Assembly (NCBI RefSeq): GCF_018350175.1
Contig: NC_058368.1
Location: 67,272,001 to 67,336,000, forward strand
Source: Felis catus
Lineage: Eukaryota
Direction: 5' to 3'
Length of the DNA stretch: 64,000 bases
Numbering within the stretch: position 1 is the first letter of the stretch; each line of letters begins with the position of its first letter. Under the pieces are notes generated by a model that was not told the DNA's origin, searched no databases, and worked only from the letters and a program-made list of their open reading frames with translations. Positions 25,907 to 39,046 of this stretch are shown one piece after another. The translations under genes and the position numbers were made by a program.

Positions 25907-26695
25907 ATGAGAGGGGGAGAGGCATAGACAGAGGGAGACACAGAATCCAAAGCAGGCTCCAGGCTCTGAGCTGTCAGCACAGAGCCTGATGTGGGGCTCA
26001 AACTCAGGAACCATGAGATCATGAACTGAGCTGAAGTCAGATTCTTAACCAACTGAGCCACCCAGGTGCCCCAGGGTCTTGTTTGTTTTTTGTTTTTTTG
26101 TTTTTGTTTTTTTTTAAGTCCAGTCTAATAACCTCTGCCTTTAATTGAAATGGTTGTTCCATTTACATTTAATGTAATCACTGATATAGTTGGGTGTAAG
26201 TCTGCATCTTGCTGGAGTTTTCTCTCTTCTATTTTTTGTTCTTCCTTTCCTATCTCCTTTTTAGTTACTTGAATAGATTTTAGTATTCTATTATATTTTT
26301 GAGAGAAAGAAAGAGTGGGGGAGGGGCAGAAAGAGAGGAGAGAGAGAATCCCAAGCAGGCTCCATGTTCAGTGTGGAGCCCAACACTGGGCTCAATCTCA
26401 CAACCTTCAGATCATGACCTGAGCCAAAATCAAGAGTCAGATGCTTAACTGACTGAGCAACCCAGGTGCCCCAGATTTAAGTATTCTATTCTATCAGCTC
26501 TATTGACTTTTTAGCTATACTTCTTGGTGTGTTTTTTTTTAATAGTTGTTCTAGGGATTACAGTACATTACACATACATAACTTATTATAGTCTACTTTG
26601 AATTTATATCACCTAATGTAAGAATTTTATAAGAGTAGTCCCCTCTCCTGCATCCTTTGTGCTATAGTATTTTTCTTCCACACAAGTTATAAAGG
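25580..26695 (-). mobile_element. Ancient L1 fragment with two SINE insertions (25845-26072, 26295-26472)
   Basis: gaattgacctttcatcattat...tttgtctgaaatcaatatagttaccc...catttacatttaatgtaat. Confidence 0.7.
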
Positions 26696-27759
26696 ATGGG
26701 TTTACATGGTACTCACTAGATTTCAGAGATGAAGAAAAGGGACAAGTTTAACTCAACTCCTAGGTTCCCAACTTGGGCAGTTGCCTGCAATTCATTGAGA
26801 AAAAGGAGCTTAAAAAAATCATCACTCTGAGAGTATAAATGAGATCATAATTACAGTAATATTTCAAATCTTGATGTTCTGTCCTCTCACCTGCTGGATT
26901 ACAGACAGTCTCATATTCTGGGAGCTCCCTCCACTCATGTCTGAGAAGCCCCAGGGGGTGGTTTCTTTCTCTAGAAATTTGCCTCAATGCTCATAGTGTG
27001 GGACGTTTTAGGTCAGGGAGATGCATACTCTCCCAATGCATTCTACTCAGTAAAAGGGGTCTCTCAACAAAGATGATGTTTCTGGAGCCTCCACTCTTTC
27101 CAACGGACATAGTCATATACATGATTGAAAGGGTGGGAGGTAAAACTCACAGTCTCATGGATTTCCAATGCTCATTCAAACATACTGGTTTCTTGTGAGC
27201 CCCACCCTGTGGTGTGGTTGAACTTGTTGAAATACTTCCTGTCCAGGTCAGAAGAAATGGGCTACAGATGAAACTTGTATTGGGTCTGTATCTTGGATAT
27301 TTCTTCACTGGAGATCTCCAGTATGCAGCTAAAGATGTTAATCTCAGGACAGAAGTCAGAGCTGAATATGTAGATTTGCATAAACGTGATAATAGAAGCC
27401 ATAGGGGGTGGATCTGTTCACCAAAAGGGAGAATCTAAAGGAAGAAAAATAGAAGGCCAAAGACTAAACCACAGGAAGTGGCCTATGTTGGGAGTTAAGA
27501 GGCTTTAATAAACATCCAGACACCAAATTCTGAAGAATGTATTTCCATATAAGGCCAAAGGAAAGGATGCTGTAAAAAGGAGTGGTTATGGATGCTTCAT
27601 GGAATTACAGGAAAAAGTACATGTTCAAATATACCCTGGATTTGGAAATTAGGAAAACATTTGAAGTGGAGAAAGGTTGTCAAGAAAACCAGCAAAGTAA
27701 TCAAAGAGGATTCCTGAAGAAGCATGTCAACCAAAGGAGAGAGACATAGTTACAGAGGG

Positions 27760-28330
27760 GAGTAGAGGACTTCTCCTTTCCAGTTCAGAGGTAAGGAGCT
27801 TGGAAGTCACCGCTCCACTCTAATAACAAGTAAAAAGGTGAACAGATTGAAAACTCAACAACTTTTCTTGGATCCATAAGAGACAGGATTACACAGGGCA
27901 AATCCTGTGCCCTCCAAGACTGGAGAGACAGGCAGGCCAATGGGGGAGTGCCAGCTTACCAGAGCACACACTCAAGGAGCAGAAACCGCTTTGCGAGCTG
28001 GTACTCAGGGACGAAAAGCAGAACTATCACTGAGAAATTGCTGGAGTCTCAGTGCAGACAAATCTGAAAATTAAAAACTCCAGTAGGGCCCAGTCATAAC
28101 CTCTGAATTTTGTGAGATCCACCTCCAGGAGCTCAACCACATTCCCACGGTACATGTTGGAGAGAAAGAAATCCCCTCTTGCTTCTAGGAGGGGGAAGGG
28201 AAAAGAAACCATTTTGAAATACACCAGAGCACTTAGCTCCTCTTAACGGAGCCTGCCCTCAGGGGAAACTAGTTAAACAGAGCCTAACCTGTCGGGGCAT
28301 TATCAGCCTGTCAGGGCATTATCAGAAAGG
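27760..28330 (+). mobile_element. Ancient L1 5'-region fragment (L1MC/MD-like)
   Basis: aaggagcttggaagtcaccgctcc...aacaagtaaaaag...ctcaacaacttttcttggatcc. Confidence 0.55.
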
Positions 28331-29124
28331 GAAATGGAGTGAAGTGTGTATTTTGTTAAGATATGGAAAACTATATACGGGCACACTTAAAGGCAGGAGA
28401 GAAAGAACATTCTGTCTACATCTATTTTTAATTTTCCCACTAATCCTCTACAAGCAACACTAATCATGATTACCAGAATATGATGTGACCTTTACCCATT
28501 CTTTAAAAACGTCCATTTGTTTCTCTATGTAAATCACTGTTGAATATTATTACATTGGAAATTCTCGTCAATTTCAAGGTATTAAAAACGTAAAATTGGA
28601 TTTCCTGGATCCGTTTCTCTGGAAATTTAGCATAACCCATGAGTTTGAAAATGTAGGCATTGTTACGGCCACATGGTTCATTTATTCCTTAGATGCATAG
28701 AAATATATGCAAGGGCCACGGTCTTTGGTTGATTTTGGTTCCCGCCCAGGCCACAGTCTCTTTGCGGCTTATCTGAAGGATATTTTTGGCTCCTTGAGAG
28801 AAGCCAAGATGGCTGTTGGCAGCAGCCATTCAAATACCATTCAAAAGCTCTCAGCTGTCTGTCAGATTACTGCCACAACACATTTCATGCACTAATGAGG
28901 CAGTGGGCAAAGCACATGTTTGCAAAGGGAGGTTGACCTGTGTGAATGCTTGAATGAAATACAATGGAGGCACCAGTAACTTTGCTTGTGGCAAGGCTAG
29001 GTGTTAAAAAGGGGACGAGTTAATCCTTGGTAGGGTGTGCCTGGGGAATTCAGCCTCACTGCCTGGTATTTCAAAGGGTGTCCTCTGCTGCTAGCCAGCC
29101 TAAGGGGTCCCTGTAGCTGCTGCT

Positions 29125-29125
<1 letters not shown>

Positions 29126-29170
<45 letters not shown>

Positions 29171-29175
29171 CGTGT
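29126..29175. repeat. (TG)n(CG)4(TG)n compound microsatellite
   Basis: Directly visible. Confidence 0.97.
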
Positions 29176-29649
29176 TGAGCCCGGCAAAATGATAGGATCA
29201 TCTCTGTCCTTGCCAAGTCCCTTCTGCCACATTAACCTTACCTTTCCAGACATACAAGAACTAGGATAGAGTTTTCTTCAGAAGAGCCAGGCAGATCTCA
29301 AAAGGGCAAGCAAACCCAGTCAGGGCAGGAAGAATAAAAGGTAGACTTTCACCCTTGAAGCCTCAGGCCTCCAGAAGGGAGGTGTTCCCCACCATGGATG
29401 CTTCTCTCTCTCACCCAGTCTTTCTTGTGTTATTCTGTTTGCCTTTCTTTTAAGTAGGCTTCAGTCCCAGCGTAATGCAGGGCTTGAACTCATGACCCTG
29501 AGATCAAGACCTGAGCTGAGATCAAGAGTCGGATGCTTAACTGACTGAGCCACCGAGGCACTCCTTATTTCTGACATCTCAGGTTTGACATCATGTCTGC
29601 TGCCCCTCTCTTCTGGAGATTCCACTCCCTCTGCCCCCTGGGGAAGTAC

Positions 29650-31395
29650 TTTTTTTTTTAAACTTTATTTATTTTGAGAGAGAGAGAGAAAGAGAGAACA
29701 ATGGGGGGAGGACCAGAGAGAGAAGAAGAGAGGAGATAATCCCAAGCAGGCTCTGCATCGTGCAGGGCTCAAACTTACAAACCATGAGATCACGATGCCT
29801 CCCGGAAAGTTCTGCCTTCTCAACCCACCTGGTGCCTGTAAACCCCCGCCTCTCCAGTTTCAGCCCCTCTTGCTCCATAAAGGGGAAGGTGGACCTGGTC
29901 CTGTTGGAAGGGACAAGGGTCAGTGGGCCAAGGCCAGTGCATTATCCCCAGTAGCTGATTTCTTTGCTATCCTATCTAGGAACAAGAACATCTTGCTAAA
30001 GTGAACGTTTTATCTCTTCCGAGGCAGGAAACACTGTTTTCTTACGAGCTGGCCAGCTGGCCAGGGAAACTCACACTTCTTTGGCACAGTAGGCAGCTGC
30101 GGTGACACTCTCCCAGGGCCACCGTCCCTCCACACCCAGCAGCGCTGGTGCCCAGCATCATTCTGGGAAGAGATGGTCATCTGTCTGATCTTGATAAGAG
30201 GCACAGGCTAGGTTCCACTAATCTTGTAAGAAGATCACTGGAGAGGGGCGCCTGGGTGGCTCAGTTGGTTAAGCCTCTGACTTTGGCTCAGGTCATGATC
30301 TCATAGTTCATGGGTTCGAGCCCCGCGTCTGGCTCTGTGCTGACAGCTCAGAGCCTGGAGCCTGCTTCCAATTCTGTGTCTCCCTGTCTCTCTGCCCCTC
30401 CCCAGCTGCACTCTGTCTCTTCCTGTCTCTCAAAAATAAAGTGTAAAAAAAAAAAAAGATCGCTGGAGAAACCAGGTCAAATCCCCTCTCTCCCCAAAAG
30501 GGAGGTGAAGGAAAAAGAGGGTTGCTATACCACATACTCAGCAGCCCCCCAAAGGTGACCTCCCTTTTATCTCCCAGCCCTCCTCTTACACTGATGTGTG
30601 GAGTAGAGTCTGGGGGCAATAGAGCTGAAATGGAGTTTTTCAGCAGGCCATGGGGGATGGGGGCAGGTGTGGACAGAGACAGGTACTCTGCTCTTTATTT
30701 TCTCCCCATGGGCCCTGGGAACCTGGTCCTATCCCGTCACATGTGCTCGCAAAGCCTCAACACAGCGTTAGTTCGACCCGTGAACGCCACTTTCCATGAG
30801 CATTAAAAAGAGGCATAGGAAGGTGTGTTTGCCTTTGAAAACACCCAAGTTTCTCCATTCGGAAAAAAATGCTCCATCAATTCAGATATGAATTTTAGCT
30901 CTTATCCTAATTTCCAGCCACCTTCCATGGATAAACATTTATGACTTGAGGGAAGGGTGGGGTCGAGTCTCGTTACTTTCCACCTCCTTTATTCCTACGT
31001 CCTTTTCTATGTCAGTAAAAACAGTGTGGTACAGGGGAGGTATGTGGTCTTTCAAGGGAATGAACTGGGTTTGAATCCACATCAACCATTGAGAAGGTAG
31101 GGCTCAGCATCTGGCATTTGGACCTCTGAGTTTCAGCTTCCTTGTTGGCGATATTTTTAGTTTCTTAAAGATAAACCTATTTAGGGGCGCCTGGGTGGCT
31201 CAGTCGGTTAAGCATCTGACTTCAGCTCAGGTCATGATCTCACGGTCCGTGAGTACGAGCCCCGTATAGGGCTCTGTGCTGTCAGTTCAGAGCCTGGAGC
31301 CTGCTTTGGATTCTGTGTCTTTCTCTCTGCCCCTCCCCCACTCATTTTCTGTCTCTATCAAAAAATGAATAAACGTTAAAAAAAATTAAAAAAGA
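29650..31395. mobile_element. Three separate Can-SINEs (29650-29837 -, 30246-30457 +, 31184-31395 +)
   Basis: TSDs aagatc(a/g)ctggaga and aaagataaacctattt for the plus-strand copies. Confidence 0.9.
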
Positions 31396-32503
31396 AAAGA
31401 TAAACCTATTTCACAGAGTGGTTGTGAGAATGACTTGAGGTTGTGTATGTCAAGCGTCCGGCATCCCCAAAAGTAACAAAGGTTCAGCCTTGCCCCCACT
31501 TCCTATTCCCCGCTGCCTTTCATATTACCCCTCTGAAGCTACCTGGCCCAAGGCCACCCTTAATGTCCTTGTGGCTACGTCCAGCCTTACCATCACTCTC
31601 AATCTCTTCTCTGCATCAGTATTATTGAAAGACGATCGCCATGAAACATATCATCTTTGTCTTCCCACCCCTTACATTGTGGTACCACACAATAAAGTCA
31701 AGTACGTATCACTCCCCATACTGTATTCCTCCTGCCTCATATGCAACGCCTGTACTCAAGCCACCTGCCCCAGCTACAAGGAAAATCAAGTCCAGGACAA
31801 ACAGTTATGCAAACATGTCTCAAACATCAACTAAATGTTAGGCAAAGGGGACACAAGGCCAAAGAGGACATGGTTCTTGCCAAGCAATAAGAAAAGCAGA
31901 CAGGTACCTGACTGTGTATGTACTCAGGTGCCATAGGAGGCAAGAGCCCAGAGAGGGAGACCCCTGGATCAATCTGGGTGTCATGGACAGTTTCTTTCTA
32001 GTGGTGATTTTGAGCTGTATTTGAAGGATGAGTAGGAGTTGGTGAAATCATGAAGTAGGTGCAGAGACTAGGGGAGTCCGGTGGCAATTCCAGGCTGAAG
32101 GCACGGACCGTGCAAATGCACTGGGGTGTGGCACAGCACGGTGTAGCTGACTATCTGGAGAGCCGGATGGAAGGGTGGCTGTGAGGGAGTTGAGAGGAAT
32201 GTTGAGACTGGAGGAGTAAACAAGCCTCGTTTCATGAGGCTTTGTGAGCTGATGTGAGGAGCTTGAACTTTATTGTGAAAATTCTAGAAAACTTTTGAAG
32301 GAATGGGGAAATGGGACACGATCAGACTTGGGCTTTCTACATGCGACTCTACTGTGGAGCATAGGTTGGAGGACATGGAGGCTAAAGGCATAGACCCCAG
32401 ATAATTAGGACGTTTTTGTGGGATTCCAGGGAAAAACAGATGAGAACTTGGCATAAGGCGGTGGTAGTCGCAGTGGAGAACAGGTGTTAATGATAATACG
32501 TTG

Positions 32504-32731
32504 GGGGCGCCTGGGTGGCGCAGTCGGTTAAGCGTCTGACTTCAGCCAGGTCACGATCTCGCGGTCCGTGAGTTCGAGCCCCGCGTCGGGCTCTGGGCTG
32601 ATGGCTCGGAGCCTGGAGCCTGTTTCCGATTCTGTGTCTCCCTCTCTCTCTGCCCCTCCCCCGTTCATGCTCTGTCTCTCTCTGTCCCAAAAATAAATAA
32701 ACGTTAAAAAAAAAATTAAAAAAAAAATAAA
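32504..32731 (+). mobile_element. Young felid Can-SINE (SINEC_Fc-type)
   Basis: Near-identical to the copy at 9626; TSD gataatacgttg. Confidence 0.96.
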
Positions 32732-33237
32732 GATAATACGTTGGCTGCTTAGATGTGGGCAGTGAGGGAGACAGAGAAGCCAGAGATGACACCCAAGGTT
32801 TTATTTTGGATAACGACTTAGAGGATAATAAGCAAGTTTGGAATGTAGGAGAGGGTAGAAGCGTTGGGGGAGAGATCATGAATGTGGTATTGGATGGGCT
32901 AGGTCTGCCCAGCGGCAGCAAGTCTATGAAGGTCCGCCACACCGTGTGGCCAGTCAAGTCTGGACGTATATACTCCACAGGAATCAGGCCGCAGGGACAC
33001 AGGTGACATCCTTGCATGAAAATTGAGTGTAATGAGATCATGGCCACCTTACTTCAGAGGTAAGCAGCAGGAGTGTCTACGGGCAGGGCCAAAATTCTGT
33101 AAGAATTGTTCAGACTCTGCTCCAATGACAGAGAAACAGGTGGTCAGGCCACATGGCAAAGCCACAATAATTTTAGCTTCATAAACATGTTAGGAGTTAG
33201 GCAGAATATTGCCAGATTTTTGAAAGAAATCTAAAAA

Positions 33238-36200
33238 AATTTTTTTTAAATGTTTACTTATTTTTGAGAGAGACACACAAAGTGCGAGCTGGGGAGGAGC
33301 AGAGAGAGAGGGAGACACAGAATCCGAAGCAGGCTCCAGGCTCCGTGCTGTCAGTACAAAGCTCGATGTGGGGCTAGAACTCATGAACCACGAGATCATG
33401 ACCTGAGCCAAAGTCAGGGCTTAACTGACTGAGCCACCCAGTTGCCCCAAAAGAAACCCTAATTGAGCTCTCCTATAATACAAAGCTCAAGCAACTCTGC
33501 CCTCACCTAAAGATGTAAAGTAAGTGGTCCCACTCCTCTGGAGGCACACCTCTCTCCTGTTGGTTCCTAGGTCATGCACTCAACCTTCTAGAAAGTCATT
33601 GGTGGTTTCCTGCCACCTTGTCTTTGTTGCTCTGCCTCTGCCTCCTTATTCCTTTTTTCTACCCACTCATGTTGATCTCTTTTCTCTTCCTCACACACAA
33701 CCACCATGATGGTTCTTTGACCATAAGCCATGCATATTCAGGTGGTGGGTGTGGTGGGCACAGGGGGCTGATTTATAGAGTCTGCCATTTCTGTGGTGTA
33801 AATAGTCCCACGTGGGAACATTGCAAACTACGTAGACACGTTGTCAATGGCCTCTCAAAATCTCTAAAATTTGAGCAGTGGGAAAGCCTTTGCAGAGGGC
33901 TCTGGCACACCACTGCTGAAATGGAGGGTCACGTTGAATGTGGTGATGGTCCTTCCATTGCCCTTGGGAGGAAGGCTGGAATGAAAATGGATAGTCTGGC
34001 TTACAACTGAGGATGTCTCTCAAGGGATGAAGTTTGGAAATTTCTACCTTTGAGTTTGGCTTTGGCCAATCTTCCATATTCCCTGTCTACCAACCTAACA
34101 GAACACTAGACCCCTTTAGAAGCCTTCTGTGGTTGTCCTGCCCTCTCTGAACAAACATTAACGCGTGTGAATTCCTTCCTCACTTTGCCAGTTTGCAGAA
34201 CTTTGTATTTTGCTCCAGGAGTCTCATTCTTCTTCTTCTTCTTTTTTTTTTTTAATGTTCTTATTTATTTTGAGAGAGAAAGAGTGCACATGCGTCCAGT
34301 GGGGAAGGGACAGAGAGAGAAGGGGGAAAGAGACAGGCAGAGAAGGAGGAGAGAGAGAGATTGGGGGAGAGAGAATCACAAGCAAGGCTCTGCTCTATCA
34401 GTGCAGAGCTCAGGCTCGATCTCACAAATTGTGAGATCCTGACCTGAGCCAAAATCAAGAGTCAGATGCTTAACCACCTGAGCCACCCAGGCGCCCCTCC
34501 AGAAGTCTAATTCTTTGTGCTAGCATTGATTAGAGAATGTTTGTTTTCTGTCTTCCCGGGTTGGTGGTAGGCTTCTTAAGGGTAAGGATCTTATCTCTAC
34601 ACACAATTGATTCTGGAACATTTGACTGCCTGCTTATTTGTTAAGCCCTTCCCTGATGTGCTCTGTCGTAATCTTTACTACGCCCTGCATTTAAAAAATT
34701 TTTACGGCTTGATAATAAAATGGGTGTATATTATCTGTTATATACTATGAAAATTTAACTATGTTTATAATCAAGCAAAAAGTCTGCACAGTCAAGAAAT
34801 CTTTCAATATTGATAAACTCATAAATTATGTTGCTAGGAAATTTACGTGATAAGATATGCCAGTTCGTTGGAGATGAACCTCTATGACTGACTGCTTTGC
34901 TATCTGAGGCAAGTTATTCAAACCTCTGGCCTTCAAATATAAAACAAGAAAAATAAGAAATCTTTCAGGACATTGGAAAGGTGGTGTCGGCCAAAAAACC
35001 GTAGTCAAACTCTAAAGTAAAAGTACCCTATGAATATGATGTATTTGTCAAGCATAAGAATTTTATAGAAAATAAAGCATTTTGCACTGCAGGGTTCACT
35101 TTTTAAAACTCAGAGATTCTTGGAACATCTGCAAGATTTAGCATTTGACAACCAGTTTTGCCAGAACCTCGTCCAATCTTTTCATATATCTGAAAGTCAG
35201 TCAGCTGGAAGAACCCAAAACAGCATTAAGTAAAATAAGATACTATAAATACAGATTAGTATCATTTGTCCAAGCTATTGTGGGATTTTCTTTGGGTGAA
35301 AAAAGCAAAGCCTACAATAGAATGGCAGAGAACTAAAAGGAAAGAAAAAAGACGCCCCAAACCAGGTGATCTTTCAAACCTACGTCTGTTTATTAACAGA
35401 AACAAGTGTTGAGAAACTTGGGTGATGCGAAGGGAACTGGCTTCACAGAAAAGCATTTCTTTGTGAGGGGTTTTCTGCAGGAGGCATGGGTGAGAGAAAG
35501 AGCTGAGGACCCTCTTCTCAGGGGTGTTCAGACCCAGGCCAGTAGCATAACTAGGAAAAGGCATTTCATGTAAAGATTTTCTTCCTTCCTCCCTGTCTCC
35601 CTCTCTTTCCTCCTCCTTGCTTTCATGTACGTGGGAACAATATGTTGGGTCAACCCATCACAAGGCTCGGAGGGAGAGAGATGGGCGAATGAAGACCTAG
35701 GGAATGTTTTCACTCCCTTTGAGGTAGGCGACTGCACCCAAGGACAATCACTTCATTTCTCCCACACAGGATGCTGTCCTGGAAATTTCCCAGAGGCGCA
35801 GGGCAGCTACGGCCTGGTGCCATCTACTCCCAGATAGATACCTGGTGCCATCTCCTCCCTGCCACCTCCACTGCCTGTGCTTTCGGGTGAGCTGGGAGGT
35901 GGTGCCCTGTGCCCCGGGCTTCATGTCCCTACGGCTGACCTGGGAGACCGGACTGAACCAGAATACAGAAACTCTAACTTTCTGCACATAAAGTTGTTGG
36001 CTTTGTTTGTTTGTTTGTTTGTTTGTTTGTTTTTACCAATACCTGATACTCAATAAATGTTTTATTAACTTGAATTTTGAATTTTCCCACCATTGTAGAA
36101 TGGTCCTTATAATCCAAAGTCAGGAGGTTCTACATTATTCATTACTCAATAAATATTTGAGGGGCGCCTGGGTGGCTCAGTCCGTTAAGTGTCTGGCTTC

Positions 36201-37367
36201 GGCTCAGGTTGTGATCTCACAGTTTGTGAGTTCTAGCCCCACGTCGGGCTCTGTGCTGACAGTCAGGAATTAGATTCTGTGTCTCCCTCTCTCTCTCTCT
36301 GCCCCTCCCCAGCTCAGACTCTGACTCTCTCTCTCTCTTTCTCTCAAAATAGATAACCATTAAAAAAAAAAGATATATATATATATCTGGGTACCCACTC
36401 CCACTCTCTGCCGGGCACTGTGCTAGGCGGTGGGTACACAGTGGTGAATGAGAAATTTATATTTTACATAACAAAAAGCAGGGCTTACTCTATACCGAAG
36501 GTAGGCTTATTTTCTAATAACATTAAGGCTAAAAATCATTTCACTGAAGGAGTTCAACTATAAATTCGTTCTACTTCATACCATCCGACATCCCTTCCAG
36601 CCCTTTCTCCTTCTGTGCCCTCTCCTTAGACAACATCCTATCTTTTTATTGGCCTTATGGATTTTAAAAACAGCAAATAAGAGGTTTTCCCCCTGAAATC
36701 AGGAAATAAATTTTTTTTGTTAATATAGGAAACCTAAGAAAAGAAAAAGTCTTTGAAAAAGAAAACCCTTGTATGTGGAACGAGCTCTTACCATTAACTC
36801 ATAAATATATTTTTTCAGTTTTTAAAAATTTATTTGAGTAATCTCTATACCCAATGTGGGTCTCGAACTCACGACCAAAGATCAAAAGTCAGTTTTTCCA
36901 ACTGAGCCAGCCAGGTGCCTCAACTCATAAATATGTTTTGAAAACTTACTAGACCGAGTAAGAGTGGGGCTAGGGTTGAGAGAGACCCTCCCTCATAGAC
37001 CTTACATTCCAATCTCTGTCTATGAGCTTTTGAGACAAACAAAACAGTAAATGTATAAACAAACACACTATTCGTGCTTTTCACGGGAGCCATAAAGGAA
37101 ACAATCAGTCACGTGTGATACACAATAATGCACTGGGACGCTGGAGCCAGCGCACGTCACCTCTCAAGAGCAGATTGCTACGTTTCAGAAATTTTGCCCG
37201 CTTCACGTTGAACTTCACGTTGGTAGCTTCAACTCAGCTGTGTAGTAGTATATTTACACCACAAAAATCGTCAAACACTAGCAATCAGGGATTCTCTCCC
37301 TGCCCTCAAAGGCAGTGGTTAAACATCTACCAGCCCCCCACAGATAATGGGGTAGAGGAACTGGGTG

Positions 37368-37402
<35 letters not shown>

Positions 37403-37572
37403 TTTAGAAAGACAGAGAAAGAGCATTAGTTGGGGAGAGGGCGAGAGGGAGAAAGATAGAGGCTCCATGCTCAGCGTGGAGCCCAATGCAGGGCTCGATT
37501 CCACAACCCTGGGATCATGACCTGAGCCAAAATCAAGAGTCAGAGGCTCAACTGACTGAGCCACCCAGACGC
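33238..37572. mobile_element. Separate Can-SINEs (33238-33448 -, 34235-34497 -, 36161-36370 +, 37370-37572 -)
   Basis: Head, body and tail recognisable in each. Confidence 0.9.
37130..37341. mobile_element. MER63A-like hAT element
   Basis: gctggagccagc...cacgttggtagcttc...tatttacaccac...ttaaacatctaccagc. Confidence 0.78.
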
Positions 37573-38371
37573 CGGACTGGGTTCTTTTTATGTAGAGTGG
37601 TAGAAGGTGCCCGGTCTATGGAGATAACATTTAAATGGAAACTCAAAAGTTGTAGAAGAGTCAAGTTAAATGCTTCAAAGTTTCAAGAAGCACAAAGGCC
37701 ATAAGGCAGGTGACCTGAAGGGTCTTCTACAAACTGTCAGCAGATGAGGGTGGCTAGAGAAGAACAAGTGAGGGGAACAGAGGCCAATATGAGCCATGGG
37801 TCACAGGATACCGGGCTTTGTAAGTCAAGGCACAGCATTCTGGTGTCCTTTGGAAGGACACTGAAGGGTTTGAGGGGGCAAGGGATGTGTGTGACATGAT
37901 GATTTTAATGTTAGGAAGCCCCCCCCACCCCGGCTACTGTGTGGAGGGTGAACTGTAAGGCCATAGGGCAAGCGTGGAGGCCATCGAGGTGTCTGAGATG
38001 TGAAGTGATGTCATGTGGACTCACGCAGCGGTGGCCCGGAGGCAGAAGGAGTAGACTGGCTGGAGACACACTGTGAAGGAGGAGCTCTAGCTTGCACCCA
38101 TCACAGTGTTTTTCAAGAAAGAAAAAGGTTACACACAAGAAAGGGATGACTACATTTTGTGGCATGAAAGTCTCTCCATTGCGTGAGGTGAGGCTATGAG
38201 TCAGCGTCCCTAAGGAAGAGGAGCTGTAGTATTTGAGAAGCCTTGGGTTCACCTCAGAGTTTGCCTTCTCTATTGTGTCAACAAGCCTCCTCCTTTGGAC
38301 TGGATGCATCCCGGAAGAGGTGGCCCTGGCTCCTCCGCGCCCCCTTCCGGACCACCCACCCAGGGGAAACA

Positions 38372-38385
38372 GCGCCACCTGCTGA
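38372..38385 (-). promoter_or_regulatory. CTCF-like motif TCAGCAGGTGGCGC
   Basis: One mismatch to the core consensus; sits in a CpG-rich patch. Confidence 0.55.
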
Positions 38386-38910
38386 AACCTTGGACCTCGG
38401 CTGGCTTGAGGACAGAGTCCCTTTCTAGTCCTCCACTGAACTTGGGCCTATTTGGCTCCGGATTAATTTAAAAGCACATGTTCCTTTCTCTTTTCTGAGA
38501 GAAACTCAGTTCTTTCTTTTTTCTTTGAAATATAAGCACTAACGAGGTGCTATAAAATCCCCACGGTGACAAGACTTACTTGTGAAAATGATGTTGAGCT
38601 CCTTGCCCCAATAACCAAAGGGATTTATTTGGCGACTTAATTCTTGTTTCCTTAGCAGCCATAACGCAGACAGTGGGTCCCATATTGCTATTTGACCCAT
38701 TTTTAAATATTCAACTCCCTAGAAGAAAAACAGGTGAAGGAGAGCCTGGAGTTTGTTTTTGTTCTTTTTTGTATTGGGTAAGGAGGGTTTGGCAGGCTAT
38801 CTGGGGAAAGATTTTGTAGTGGTGTTTTTATAAGGCTTTTCCTTTCAGAAATACTAGGGACTTTTCTGACAGATCGGTGCATTCTTACTAACTACTAGAA
38901 GAAGTTTTTG

Positions 38911-39046
38911 TCGTGACAGATGGTAACTGCACAACACGGTGAACGTTTTGTAATGTATTATCGAATCACTATGTTGTACACCTGAAATTAGTATAATACT
39001 GTATGGTATGTCACGTATACTTCAATTCAAAATAAATCTAAAAAAA
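38911..39046 (+). mobile_element. Short L1MA9/L1_Carn-like 3' end
   Basis: gacagatggtaact...tcgaatcactatgttgtacacctgaaa...ttcaatt followed by an A tail. Confidence 0.85.

Noticed and set aside
27151..27250. gtgagt donor with upstream open frames on the minus strand
   Set aside because: No convincing partner exons or recognisable peptide.
28288..28325. 19-bp tandem duplication (a ~25-bp imperfect one also occurs at ~8660-8710)
   Set aside because: Two-unit slippage products with no spacers; not CRISPR-like.
34847..34903. 57-nt in-frame exon-like segment
   Set aside because: Acceptor region resembles a MIR core and the donor is weak.
35151..35204. Minus-strand LTDFQIYEKIGRGSGKTG after a good acceptor, resembling protein kinase subdomain I and in phase with the 38253 donor
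   Set aside because: No strong donor follows, the frame stops after 33 codons, and I found no VAIK/HRD/DFG-like segments downstream.
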